From: Clostridiales bacterium
GTDB taxonomy: Bacteria; Bacillota; Clostridia; TANB77; SIG350
Length of the DNA stretch: 64,000 nucleotides
Direction: 5' to 3'
Assembly (NCBI GenBank): GCA_015056545.1
Contig: SVGE01000001.1
Span: 93,906-157,905, forward strand
This document shows positions 29,904-38,206 of this stretch, one piece after another. The notes under the pieces were generated by a model. It did not search any database, was not told the origin of the DNA, and saw only the letters and a list, made by a program, of their open reading frames with translations. Position 1 is the first letter of the stretch. Each line of letters starts with the position of its first letter. The position numbers were made by a program, and so were the translations under genes.

Positions 29904-31235
29904 TTATTTTAAAAGCTCATTAACTAAAATATCTCCACCAGCATGTAATATAATTATCTTTTGTTTAAGTTTTCTGCTTAATTGATCTACAGTCATATTA
30001 TCTAGAAAAATGTCCTCATCATCTTTTAACATTACATCACAAATATATGTTATTTCACCTAAATTTTTATCTTTTAATTGATTATATATATCATTTCCTG
30101 TTAATAATCCTGTTACTGTAATGTTTTCACCGAAAAAATCATTTTCAATATCATATACATGAATTCTTATTCCAAATTCTTTTGTTAAGATATCTACACA
30201 TTTTTGAATATATGGTTTAATAAGTTTACCACATATAAGTGATATTTCTTTATTTGATTTGATATTATATTTCTTAGCTTCATTAACCGCACAATTGAAT
30301 TCATCTAAAAACAATGTAACCATACCTACTCCGTTTTCAAGTTGTGGAAATTGTTCATATTCATCATAATTAGGCAACTCTGTTTCAGATTTTAAATAAA
30401 ACTCATCAGAAAGATAAACAATATTGCAACCTAATTCTTTTTTAAACTCTTTTTGCACTTTTTCTATATCTATAATAGTTTGTTTCATTTCTTCTTTTGT
30501 AAATGGTCTTAATGGATATAATTTATCTCTATATTTACTTAGGCCAACAGGTACTATAGATACACTTTGCATATATGGATAGAATTTAGCTAAATCTTTT
30601 ACTGTTTTAATTAATTCTTCTTTATCATTTAACCCTGGGCAAAGAACTATTTGACCATTCATAAATATTTCATTATCATAAAGCTTTTGCATATATGTAA
30701 TAACATTATCAGCATTTTTGTTATTAAGCATTTTTTTTCTTAATTCTATATTAGTTGTATGTACAGATATATTTATTGGTGACATTCTATATTTAATAAT
30801 TCTATCTATATCTTCATTTTTGCAATTTGAAAATGTTACATAATTTCCTGTTAAAAAAGATAATCTATAATCATCATCTTTAAAAATTAATGTTTTTCTC
30901 ATATTATCTGGTAATTGGTCCATAAAACAAAAAACACATTTATTCATACATCTTTTAGGTTCATCAATTAACTCATTTTCAAATACAAGTCCTATATCTT
31001 CATATATCTCTTTTTCTATTTCATATTCAATTATTTCATCATTATGTAATATCTCAATAGTTACAAATTCATCAGACATATGATACTTATAATCTAGCAC
31101 ATCTACTATTTCTTCACCATTTACAGATAATAAATAATCATTTGGATAAATCTCTAATTCATCTGCTATACTATTTTTTATTACATTTTTTATTAATATT
31201 TTTTTCATAATTACTCCTCTAATATATTTTACCAA
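29904..31235 (-). CDS. PDZ domain plus radical-SAM-like DUF512 protein
   Basis: N-terminal PDZ-like region, then a CMNKCVFC (CxxxCxxC) cluster. Confidence 0.55.
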   Translation of the reverse strand: MVKYIRGVIMKKILIKNVIKNSIADELEIYPNDYLLSVNGEEIVDVLDYKYHMSDEFVTIEILHNDEIIEYEIEKEIYEDIGLVFENELIDEPKRCMNKCVFCFMDQLPDNMRKTLIFKDDDYRLSFLTGNYVTFSNCKNEDIDRIIKYRMSPINISVHTTNIELRKKMLNNKNADNVITYMQKLYDNEIFMNGQIVLCPGLNDKEELIKTVKDLAKFYPYMQSVSIVPVGLSKYRDKLYPLRPFTKEEMKQTIIDIEKVQKEFKKELGCNIVYLSDEFYLKSETELPNYDEYEQFPQLENGVGMVTLFLDEFNCAVNEAKKYNIKSNKEISLICGKLIKPYIQKCVDILTKEFGIRIHVYDIENDFFGENITVTGLLTGNDIYNQLKDKNLGEITYICDVMLKDDEDIFLDNMTVDQLSRKLKQKIIILHAGGDILVNELLK

Positions 31236-31307
31236 ACTTAATAGTTTTTTACAATAATTTTATATATAAAAACAGATAGTAAATTAAATTACTATCTGTT
31301 ATAATTC

Positions 31308-32492
31308 TTAGTCTTCTACAATTTCTTTAATTCTATTAAATAATTTATTGACTGGAGCATTTTTTACAATTCTAGCAAATAAGTATATGTCTTTTGGAGA
31401 TCCATACTGCATAATAGCATTAGCTAATTTGCTAATTGTAGCCCCACTAACATGAGTTGCAAAATCTTTTATATATTTTGGATCTTTTGATGCAATAACT
31501 GCATCTTCCAATTTTTCAATAGGTGGATTATTTACAATTTGTGCAAAACTAATCAACTGATTTAAATCACCTAACTCGATTAAAACATCAGCCAGTTTTT
31601 CTATAAGATCTCCTTCCGCATATCTGCAAAACATCCGAATATTATATGGCTTTTTAGTAGCAATAATTGCATCTGCTAATTTGTTTTTTGGAGCATTTGC
31701 TACTTTTCTTGCAAATTCATATATATATTCTGGGTTTCCATCTTCAATAACTACATTAGCAAGTTCCTCAGTTTTTATATTAGGATGTACACTTGCAAAC
31801 TTACATGCAAATTTAGCACTTTTAATTTTAATAAGTCCCTCTGCAACCTTTTCCAAATCTATATGTGGAATTCCAGCAAAATCATATACACATTCCGCAT
31901 CACCAATTTCAATAACAGCTTCCAAAAGCTTATTGTTATCTACTTCATCATATGAATATGATGCTATTTCATAAATCCATTCAATTTGTTTTGTTTCAAT
32001 AAGTGCATCTACTAGTTTGTTTATTACTATATGAATTCCAATTTCACTTACACCATCAAAGTCAATTATATTAGAAATAACCTCACTGATAAGCTCCCCA
32101 TCTTTTGCTTGAACAATTATATCAACAAACTTATCTATTGGTAAATTCTCAACATTTCTTGCAAAAAGATAAATAAACTCATCATTTCCCGTTTTTATAA
32201 TTGCATCAGAAAGCTCTCCTATAGGTACACCTTCATACAAAGAAAATTCATATATAAGTTCAGGATTATTAGTGCTAATAACTTCTTGAGCTAATTTATT
32301 AAGAACACTCTCTATTGTAGGAAATATTTCTTTTACCTTTTTTGATTTAACAACTTCTTGTGCAATTTCTTTAACAATATCTGGTTCTTCAAATACTATT
32401 CTATCAATATAGAAATCACACAGCTTTTTTCCTTCTACAATACTTTTAGCTATTTGCTTAACTAACATTTCTTGAACATCACTCTTAAACAT
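31308..32492 (-). CDS. Helical tandem-repeat protein (about eleven 28-aa repeats), paralog 1
   Basis: Repeats of the form ..G.pE(Y/F)IY.FAr.V.nAP..KL.DAII (for example EDGNPEYIYEFARKVANAPKNKLADAII). Confidence 0.6.
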   Translation of the reverse strand: MFKSDVQEMLVKQIAKSIVEGKKLCDFYIDRIVFEEPDIVKEIAQEVVKSKKVKEIFPTIESVLNKLAQEVISTNNPELIYEFSLYEGVPIGELSDAIIKTGNDEFIYLFARNVENLPIDKFVDIIVQAKDGELISEVISNIIDFDGVSEIGIHIVINKLVDALIETKQIEWIYEIASYSYDEVDNNKLLEAVIEIGDAECVYDFAGIPHIDLEKVAEGLIKIKSAKFACKFASVHPNIKTEELANVVIEDGNPEYIYEFARKVANAPKNKLADAIIATKKPYNIRMFCRYAEGDLIEKLADVLIELGDLNQLISFAQIVNNPPIEKLEDAVIASKDPKYIKDFATHVSGATISKLANAIMQYGSPKDIYLFARIVKNAPVNKLFNRIKEIVED

Positions 32493-32545
32493 ACTTTCTC
32501 CTCCTTAAAATAAAGTTAGATTAAAATAAATATTTATTTTGGGTT

Positions 32546-32575
32546 ATTTTATCACAGTTAATATATTTATGTCAA
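32546..32575 (-). promoter_or_regulatory. Promoter TTGACA-18-TGaTAAAAT (copy 1 of a duplicated promoter)
   Basis: Minus-strand TTGACA (32575-32570), an 18-nt spacer, and an extended -10 TGATAAAAT ending at 32546. It is identical to the copy at 34196-34225. Confidence 0.55.
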
Positions 32576-32577
32576 AT

Positions 32578-32607
32578 AAAAACTCTGATAATTAAATCAG
32601 AGTTTTT
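32578..32607 (-). terminator. Terminator after the 76-aa gene
   Basis: aactctgat-aattaa-atcagagtt with flanking T/A runs. Confidence 0.5.
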
Positions 32608-32620
32608 ATAATTTATCTTC

Positions 32621-32851
32621 TTATAGAACTGAAAAATATTTATCTCCCTTAATTTCAACTAAAACAGAATCAAGTAACTCATTAAGAAGATTAAGAACAT
32701 CTTCTTTATTTCCACCAACTTTTTCAAAAAGTTCAGAAAAAGTAAGTCCTTGATCATTTTCAATAAGAGTATCCAGGATTTTTCTCTTTAGAGTTTGCAT
32801 TTTCTTTGTTTTTTTCATAATATTTACCTCTTCAATATTATTGTGCTTCAA
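32621..32851 (-). CDS. Small winged-helix-like DNA-binding protein (76 aa)
   Basis: Pattern ...LKRKILDTLIENDQGLTFSELFEKVGGNKEDVLNLLNELLD...; overlaps the stop of the upstream repeat-protein gene by 14 nt. Confidence 0.4.
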   Translation of the reverse strand: MKHNNIEEVNIMKKTKKMQTLKRKILDTLIENDQGLTFSELFEKVGGNKEDVLNLLNELLDSVLVEIKGDKYFSVL

Positions 32852-34139
32852 TTAATTTGGCTAAAATTGCTTTCTCGATTTTATCTATAGGAGCATTTTT
32901 TATCTCATTTGCAAATTTATACATCCAATAAACTTCTCCTGCTTTTATAACAGCATCAGCATATTTTTCAACATTTATTCCCATAACCGCTTTTGCGTAT
33001 AAAAAAATATATGTAGGATTTCCGATATGAATTAAAGCATTCCCCAATCTTTCCAAAGGAACATACTTTACAGTTGTTGCAAATTCATATATAGCTTTTG
33101 CATCTCCTGTTTGAATAATACCTGTAATTAACTTATTTATTGGAACGTTTCTTATATTTTGTGCAAATTCAATAATATCTTCTACACCTAAAGTAATAAC
33201 TTTTTCAGCAATTTGATTCATATGTTTTTTTGAAAGTTTCAAATCGCTTTCATTTATAATGGAAAAATAGTTTCGTTTAATAATACCTTCTACTATTTTA
33301 TCTTTTGATAAACCCTTTACTTCTTTTACAAATCTGTCAAACCAGTAATCATTTCCTTTTTCAACAACAGTATCAAACAAAACATTTATATCTGCACCTT
33401 CAATATCTGTTGCAAAATGTAAACACATATCTACATCATCTAATTTTGCAATAGCATTACAAAGTTTTATTTTATCCGATTCTTTTACTCTGTCTGCAAG
33501 ATGATATATATCTAATGCCCTATTTGCTTTTATAACAGCATCTTCTATTTTACTTAGAGAAACTCCGTTAATATTACTGTTAGCAAGATCTGCAATATAA
33601 TATTTATTATTTGTTTTAAGAAGTGCGTCTACAAGTTTATTTAAAATTTCTTGTCTATTATCTTTTGCATCAAATATATTGGTTTCTTCTTTAAAGGTAT
33701 TATAAATAAAATTGTATATGTGTTCAGCTTCACTATACTCAACAAGAATATCTACAAATTTATTTACTTTTAATCCTGACATAATCGATGATGCAAAGCT
33801 ACATACATATTTGTAGTCTTTAGTATGGATAATTGCATCAGAAAGCTCATCAATTGCTACAAAATCTGCATTAGTAGCAAAATGATATATATACTTTGCA
33901 TTATTAGTTGCAATAACATGTTTCGCTATCGCTGTAACAATACTTCTTGTTGTTGGAAATTTTTCTTCTACCTTCGGATTTTCTTCATATTTTTCCTGCA
34001 TTACTTTTGTAATATCATATTCATTGATTTCTCCAGAACTTGTTAAGAGTTTAATGTAAAAATCATTTAACGATTTTTCATTAATCAATGCTTCAACAAT
34101 TTCATTTACTAACCGTTCTTTTATTCCTTTTTCTTTCAT
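32838..34139 (-). CDS. Helical tandem-repeat protein, paralog 2
   Basis: Same 28-aa repeat grammar (AKYIYHFATNA, KAIYEFATTVKYVPLERL, YWMYKFANEIKNAPIDKI). Confidence 0.6.
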   Translation of the reverse strand: MKEKGIKERLVNEIVEALINEKSLNDFYIKLLTSSGEINEYDITKVMQEKYEENPKVEEKFPTTRSIVTAIAKHVIATNNAKYIYHFATNADFVAIDELSDAIIHTKDYKYVCSFASSIMSGLKVNKFVDILVEYSEAEHIYNFIYNTFKEETNIFDAKDNRQEILNKLVDALLKTNNKYYIADLANSNINGVSLSKIEDAVIKANRALDIYHLADRVKESDKIKLCNAIAKLDDVDMCLHFATDIEGADINVLFDTVVEKGNDYWFDRFVKEVKGLSKDKIVEGIIKRNYFSIINESDLKLSKKHMNQIAEKVITLGVEDIIEFAQNIRNVPINKLITGIIQTGDAKAIYEFATTVKYVPLERLGNALIHIGNPTYIFLYAKAVMGINVEKYADAVIKAGEVYWMYKFANEIKNAPIDKIEKAILAKLIEAQ

Positions 34140-34195
34140 TTACTATCTCCTCCATTTATAATAAACTTTAGTAATTAAAATATTTAATTTTTCTA

Positions 34196-34225
34196 ATTTT
34201 ATCACAGTTAATATATTTATGTCAA
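34196..34225 (-). promoter_or_regulatory. Promoter TTGACA-18-TGaTAAAAT (copy 2)
   Basis: The same 29-nt core (ttttatcacagttaatatatttatgtcaa) as at 32547-32575. Confidence 0.55.
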
Positions 34226-34273
34226 CAAAAATAAAAAGCTATATAAATATAATTCATATAGCTTAACATTTTT

Positions 34274-34603
34274 TTACATTTCTACTGCTGGTCTTGATGG
34301 CATTGTTGTTTCTTCTACATCCCCTTGTATTTCAGTTGAAGTATCTTCAACAATAATATTATTGTTTTCTATTTGTTCATTTGATGTATTTACTTCAGTT
34401 TCATCTTGTGTTGTATTTTCTTGATTATCTATATTATTTGGTTCATCATCTTTATAATCTACTGGGTTTTGCATTTCATAGTTTTTATTAATAGCTTTAA
34501 CAATATTGTAGTAATCTGTATTTAATATTGTTTTAGCTAATATAGTAAATCCCGCTAATACTAAACTAATTATTAATAACATTTTTTTTGTTCTTTCTTT
34601 CAT
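34274..34603 (-). CDS. Hypothetical secreted acidic protein
   Basis: Signal/anchor helix followed by a Glu/Asn/Thr-rich region. Confidence 0.35.
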   Translation of the reverse strand: MKERTKKMLLIISLVLAGFTILAKTILNTDYYNIVKAINKNYEMQNPVDYKDDEPNNIDNQENTTQDETEVNTSNEQIENNNIIVEDTSTEIQGDVEETTMPSRPAVEM

Positions 34604-34769
34604 ATTTTCACCTTTTCCTTAATAATTTATTATTATATAATTATTATACATTATATAAACACACATTTCAATTTATAAAGTTAAAAATTTTTAAATAATT
34701 TTTTAAAAATATGTTTCATTATTAAAAAGTATATGATACAATTTGATTGAATTAATTTGGGAGGTACAA

Positions 34770-35906
34770 ATGATAAATAATATAGAAACTTTTGTATTAT
34801 ATCATCCTTATACAATTACAGGCCTATATGTTTTTTTAGGTGTAATTTTAGGTTTTAGTATTCAATACTTTATTAAAATATTAGCTGCTATAATATCTAA
34901 AGTTAGCAACAAAAATATTACTAAATCTGTAATAAAAGTTATTAAGAACTACCCTATTATATTTTTTACTTTTTGGGGAATTTATAGGGCTATAATGAGA
35001 GTAATTGGTACAGGAGCAATATACAATGGATTAAAAAAATTTAATTTAATATTTAGTACATATATCTTATGTATAATTATATTAAGAACAATATTAGAAA
35101 TAATAAGAATTAAAACAAATAAAAAAGATTCTTCTATTTCTTCTACATCAATAATTGAAAATATTGTAAGAGCAATTGGAGTTATAGTAATTATATTTAT
35201 AATTTTAACTGAATTAGATATACCTATTACACCAATATTAACAGCTTTAGGAGTTGGTGGTATTGCTGTAGCACTTGCATTTCAGGATATATTATCTAAC
35301 TTGTTTTCTGGTATATTTGTTATTGCTTCATCTCAAATAAGACCAGGTGACTTCGTAAAAATTGATGCAACTGTAGAAGGATTTATTGCAGATATATCTT
35401 GGAGAAATACAACCATTAGAGACTGGAAAGGAAATTATACATATGTTCCTAATTCTAAAATAGCAAATGCCACTATTGTAAATTGTATGCATCCAAATAA
35501 TGAAACAAATTTTGTTGTTCCATTTTCTGTTTCATATGATAGTGATTTAAGCTTTGTTGAAAATATAGTTACAGAAGAAGCATTAAAGCTGCAACAAACA
35601 CATTTAGGTGCTGTAAAAACACATATTCCTGTAATGAGAGTTAATAGTTTTGGTAATTCAGCAATTGATTGTAAAGTTGTTTTAAGAGCATGTACTTTTT
35701 CTGATCAATATTCATTAAGTTCAGATTTTATTAAAATATTACATGAAAGATTTAAACAAGAAGGAATTGATATTCCTTTCCCTATTACAACACTTAAAAC
35801 ATATGATAATTCACCAATTGGTATTGCTCCATCAGGTACATTAAATATTTTAAATGAAGCTTTAAAAATAAATGAACAAAATACTTCAAATGAAATAAAT
35901 AATTAA
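34770..35906 (+). CDS. MscS-family mechanosensitive channel
   Basis: Start at the ATG at 34770 after the SD gggagg. TM helices, then the MscS beta-domain pattern (GDFVKIDATVEGFIADISWRNTTIRDWKGNYTYVPNS). Confidence 0.8.
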   Translation: MINNIETFVLYHPYTITGLYVFLGVILGFSIQYFIKILAAIISKVSNKNITKSVIKVIKNYPIIFFTFWGIYRAIMRVIGTGAIYNGLKKFNLIFSTYILCIIILRTILEIIRIKTNKKDSSISSTSIIENIVRAIGVIVIIFIILTELDIPITPILTALGVGGIAVALAFQDILSNLFSGIFVIASSQIRPGDFVKIDATVEGFIADISWRNTTIRDWKGNYTYVPNSKIANATIVNCMHPNNETNFVVPFSVSYDSDLSFVENIVTEEALKLQQTHLGAVKTHIPVMRVNSFGNSAIDCKVVLRACTFSDQYSLSSDFIKILHERFKQEGIDIPFPITTLKTYDNSPIGIAPSGTLNILNEALKINEQNTSNEINN

Positions 35907-36006
35907 TAAATTTCAAATAGGAAACTGTAAATTACATTTTCCTATTTTTATATACATATTTTACATATTTATTTTAATTTAGCACAAAATATATTTAGGT
36001 GAAATT

Positions 36007-36636
36007 ATGAATAAAAAAATATTTAAAATACATTATTTAAGAAACATATTATTACTTATTTGTATACTTTTTATTTTAACAGGTTGCGGAGATAAGCAGA
36101 CAAATGATATTTCATATAATGTAGAAAATCAAAATTATGAAAATAATGCTACTTCTTATACGAATGAAATTGAGCTTCCTAAACAAGAAGTTGCTTCATT
36201 TTATACAAACATTTATGATAAAACTGAAAATAGGATGAATAACCTTAGAGTTGCTGCTAATAATCTAAGCAATACTGTAATTAAATCTGGTGAAATATTT
36301 TCTTTTAATGAAACAATGGGACCTTCAAATAAAGAAAAGGGATATAAGGAAGCTAAAATATTTGATGCAGAAGGTAATGTAATAGAAGGATATGGTGGAG
36401 GTATATGTCAAATAAGTTCTACATTATATAATGCAGCATTAGAATTAAACTTAGAGATAATAGAAAGGCATGCACATAGTAGAAAAGTGCAATATGTTGA
36501 AGAAGGAAAAGATGCAGCTATTAGTTATAATAGGCTTGATTTGAAATTTAAAAATTCTCTTGATTATGATTTAACTATTGAATGCAAAGTTGATGAAAAT
36601 AAAGTATATATATCACTTTTGGGTAATAGAAAATAA
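36007..36636 (+). CDS. VanW-family lipoprotein
   Basis: Lipobox LTGC and the GGGICQISSTLYNAALELNL VanW motif. Confidence 0.7.
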   Translation: MNKKIFKIHYLRNILLLICILFILTGCGDKQTNDISYNVENQNYENNATSYTNEIELPKQEVASFYTNIYDKTENRMNNLRVAANNLSNTVIKSGEIFSFNETMGPSNKEKGYKEAKIFDAEGNVIEGYGGGICQISSTLYNAALELNLEIIERHAHSRKVQYVEEGKDAAISYNRLDLKFKNSLDYDLTIECKVDENKVYISLLGNRK

Positions 36637-36668
36637 AGCATAGTATTTAAACTTACTATGCTTTTTAC
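36637..36668. terminator. Bidirectional terminator
   Basis: aagcatagtat-ttaaac-ttactatgctt followed by tttt. Confidence 0.6.
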
Positions 36669-36677
36669 TTAATATAT

Positions 36678-37706
36678 TTATATAACTTTTATATTATTTA
36701 TAACAGATATATTCTTTTCAATCGAAGATAATCTGTACCATTTTTCAAATTCATTTTTTACTATTTCATATTTTTGTGTTTCAAACATTAATTCTTTTAT
36801 TTTGTTTAAATACTCATATTCATCTGGGGTAATTATTTTTTCTAAAAGAATAATTTCATATCCTTGCGTTGTTTCTATAACTGTACTATTCTTTCCTATT
36901 TGAAGTGTTTTAGCTACTTCTTCAATTTTTTTATTTTCAGCATTACCATCAATATATACATATTCATCCCCAGGTTTATATGTTGAAATAACATCAGAAT
37001 ATTCAAGAGCTAATTCATTAAAACTTTCACCATTATTTAATTTTTCTAAAACAGTATTAGCCTTCAAATATATTTCTTCTTTTTGTTCTGGAGTATATTT
37101 ATCTGCTAAAGTATCTTTTTCTTTAGTACTAAATATCATTCTTTTTACAATATATATTGAACCATTACCTAAATCTTCTACATATGCTTTAGCTTCACTA
37201 TTCGTAATTATCATATTATCTGTTAAATAATTAGATAATATTGTAAATCTTTCTTCTTTAATTAAATAATCAATATATTGCTGTTCTGTAATAGCTATTT
37301 TATCTATTAATTTTTTAACATTAGCATCATTTTTTACTTTTAATGTTATTTCATCAACTTTTTCTTGTGATATATTTACACCAAACTCTATACATTTTTG
37401 TTCACATATAATATTTCTAATAATTAATTTAATTGTTTCTTCTCTTAAATATTGCTCTGCATTCATTCCATATAGTTCGGAAGTCCATAATTTATCTGTA
37501 TTACCTCTTTTTTCAATATATTCTTCTTCTATATTGTTTTTTATAATTTTAGCAAAAATATTAAATTCATCTACTTCCACAGATATTCCATCAACAGTTA
37601 ATACATACTGATTTGTTTTTGTATCTATCATAAACAATGTTACTAATGTTACACACATTAAGATAAAAAATATTGTTACATAAATTATCTTTTGTTTCTT
37701 TTTCAT
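36678..37706 (-). CDS. Membrane-anchored PpiC/parvulin-type peptidyl-prolyl isomerase (PrsA/SurA-like)
   Basis: N-terminal TM helix, a SurA_N-like helical domain, and a parvulin-like segment (RMIFSTKEKD...ELALEYSD...). Confidence 0.5.
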   Translation of the reverse strand: MKKKQKIIYVTIFFILMCVTLVTLFMIDTKTNQYVLTVDGISVEVDEFNIFAKIIKNNIEEEYIEKRGNTDKLWTSELYGMNAEQYLREETIKLIIRNIICEQKCIEFGVNISQEKVDEITLKVKNDANVKKLIDKIAITEQQYIDYLIKEERFTILSNYLTDNMIITNSEAKAYVEDLGNGSIYIVKRMIFSTKEKDTLADKYTPEQKEEIYLKANTVLEKLNNGESFNELALEYSDVISTYKPGDEYVYIDGNAENKKIEEVAKTLQIGKNSTVIETTQGYEIILLEKIITPDEYEYLNKIKELMFETQKYEIVKNEFEKWYRLSSIEKNISVINNIKVI

Positions 37707-37989
37707 ATATTTCTCCTAATTAAAAATCTATTTATTCCTATACTATATTAAGAATAACATTCCTTGCTTAACTTTTCAACCTTTTTTATATTAATTTATT
37801 GATTATTTTTTGTTTATTATTTTAAGCCTCATTTGTCGAATTTTGCGATGAAAAGTTTTCTTTTTTGTCATTTTGGTATTTACTTATATTTTTTTATTAT
37901 ATACTTGTTCTTGATAAAGGATATGAAACCAGGAGCGGTTAGCCTCTATTTTTTAAGGTACCACCCTTAAATGAAAGGAGGCGATTTGT

Positions 37990-38070
37990 ATGGTAGAGTT
38001 AGATTACATAACATTCTTTTCTTTAATTTTTTTACTAGCTTTTATCATAAAGCAAAAAATAAAAAAATAA
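37990..38070 (+). CDS. 26-aa hydrophobic KK-terminated peptide (candidate type I toxin), module A
   Basis: SD aaaggagg 8 nt before the ATG. ORF MVELDYITFFSLIFLLAFIIKQKIKK. It is flanked by 13-14-bp inverted repeats (gcggttagcctct at 37935 and agaggctaaaccgc at 38117). Confidence 0.45.
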   Translation: MVELDYITFFSLIFLLAFIIKQKIKK

Positions 38071-38158
38071 TCCGCCCTGTTTAATTTAGCCCTAGACAGG
38101 AGATTATTTTCTTATAAGAGGCTAAACCGCTTTTGCGGAATATCCTTTATCTATTTTT

Positions 38159-38187
38159 ATTTTACGATATTTTAATTCATATGTCAA
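38159..38187 (-). promoter_or_regulatory. Convergent promoter TTGACA-17-TAAAAT (candidate antisense/antitoxin RNA), module A
   Basis: Minus-strand TTGACA (38187-38182), a 17-nt spacer and TAAAAT (38164-38159), pointing into the small ORF. It is conserved with module B. Confidence 0.45.
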
Positions 38188-38206
38188 TAATTTTAGCTAT
38201 TTTTAA

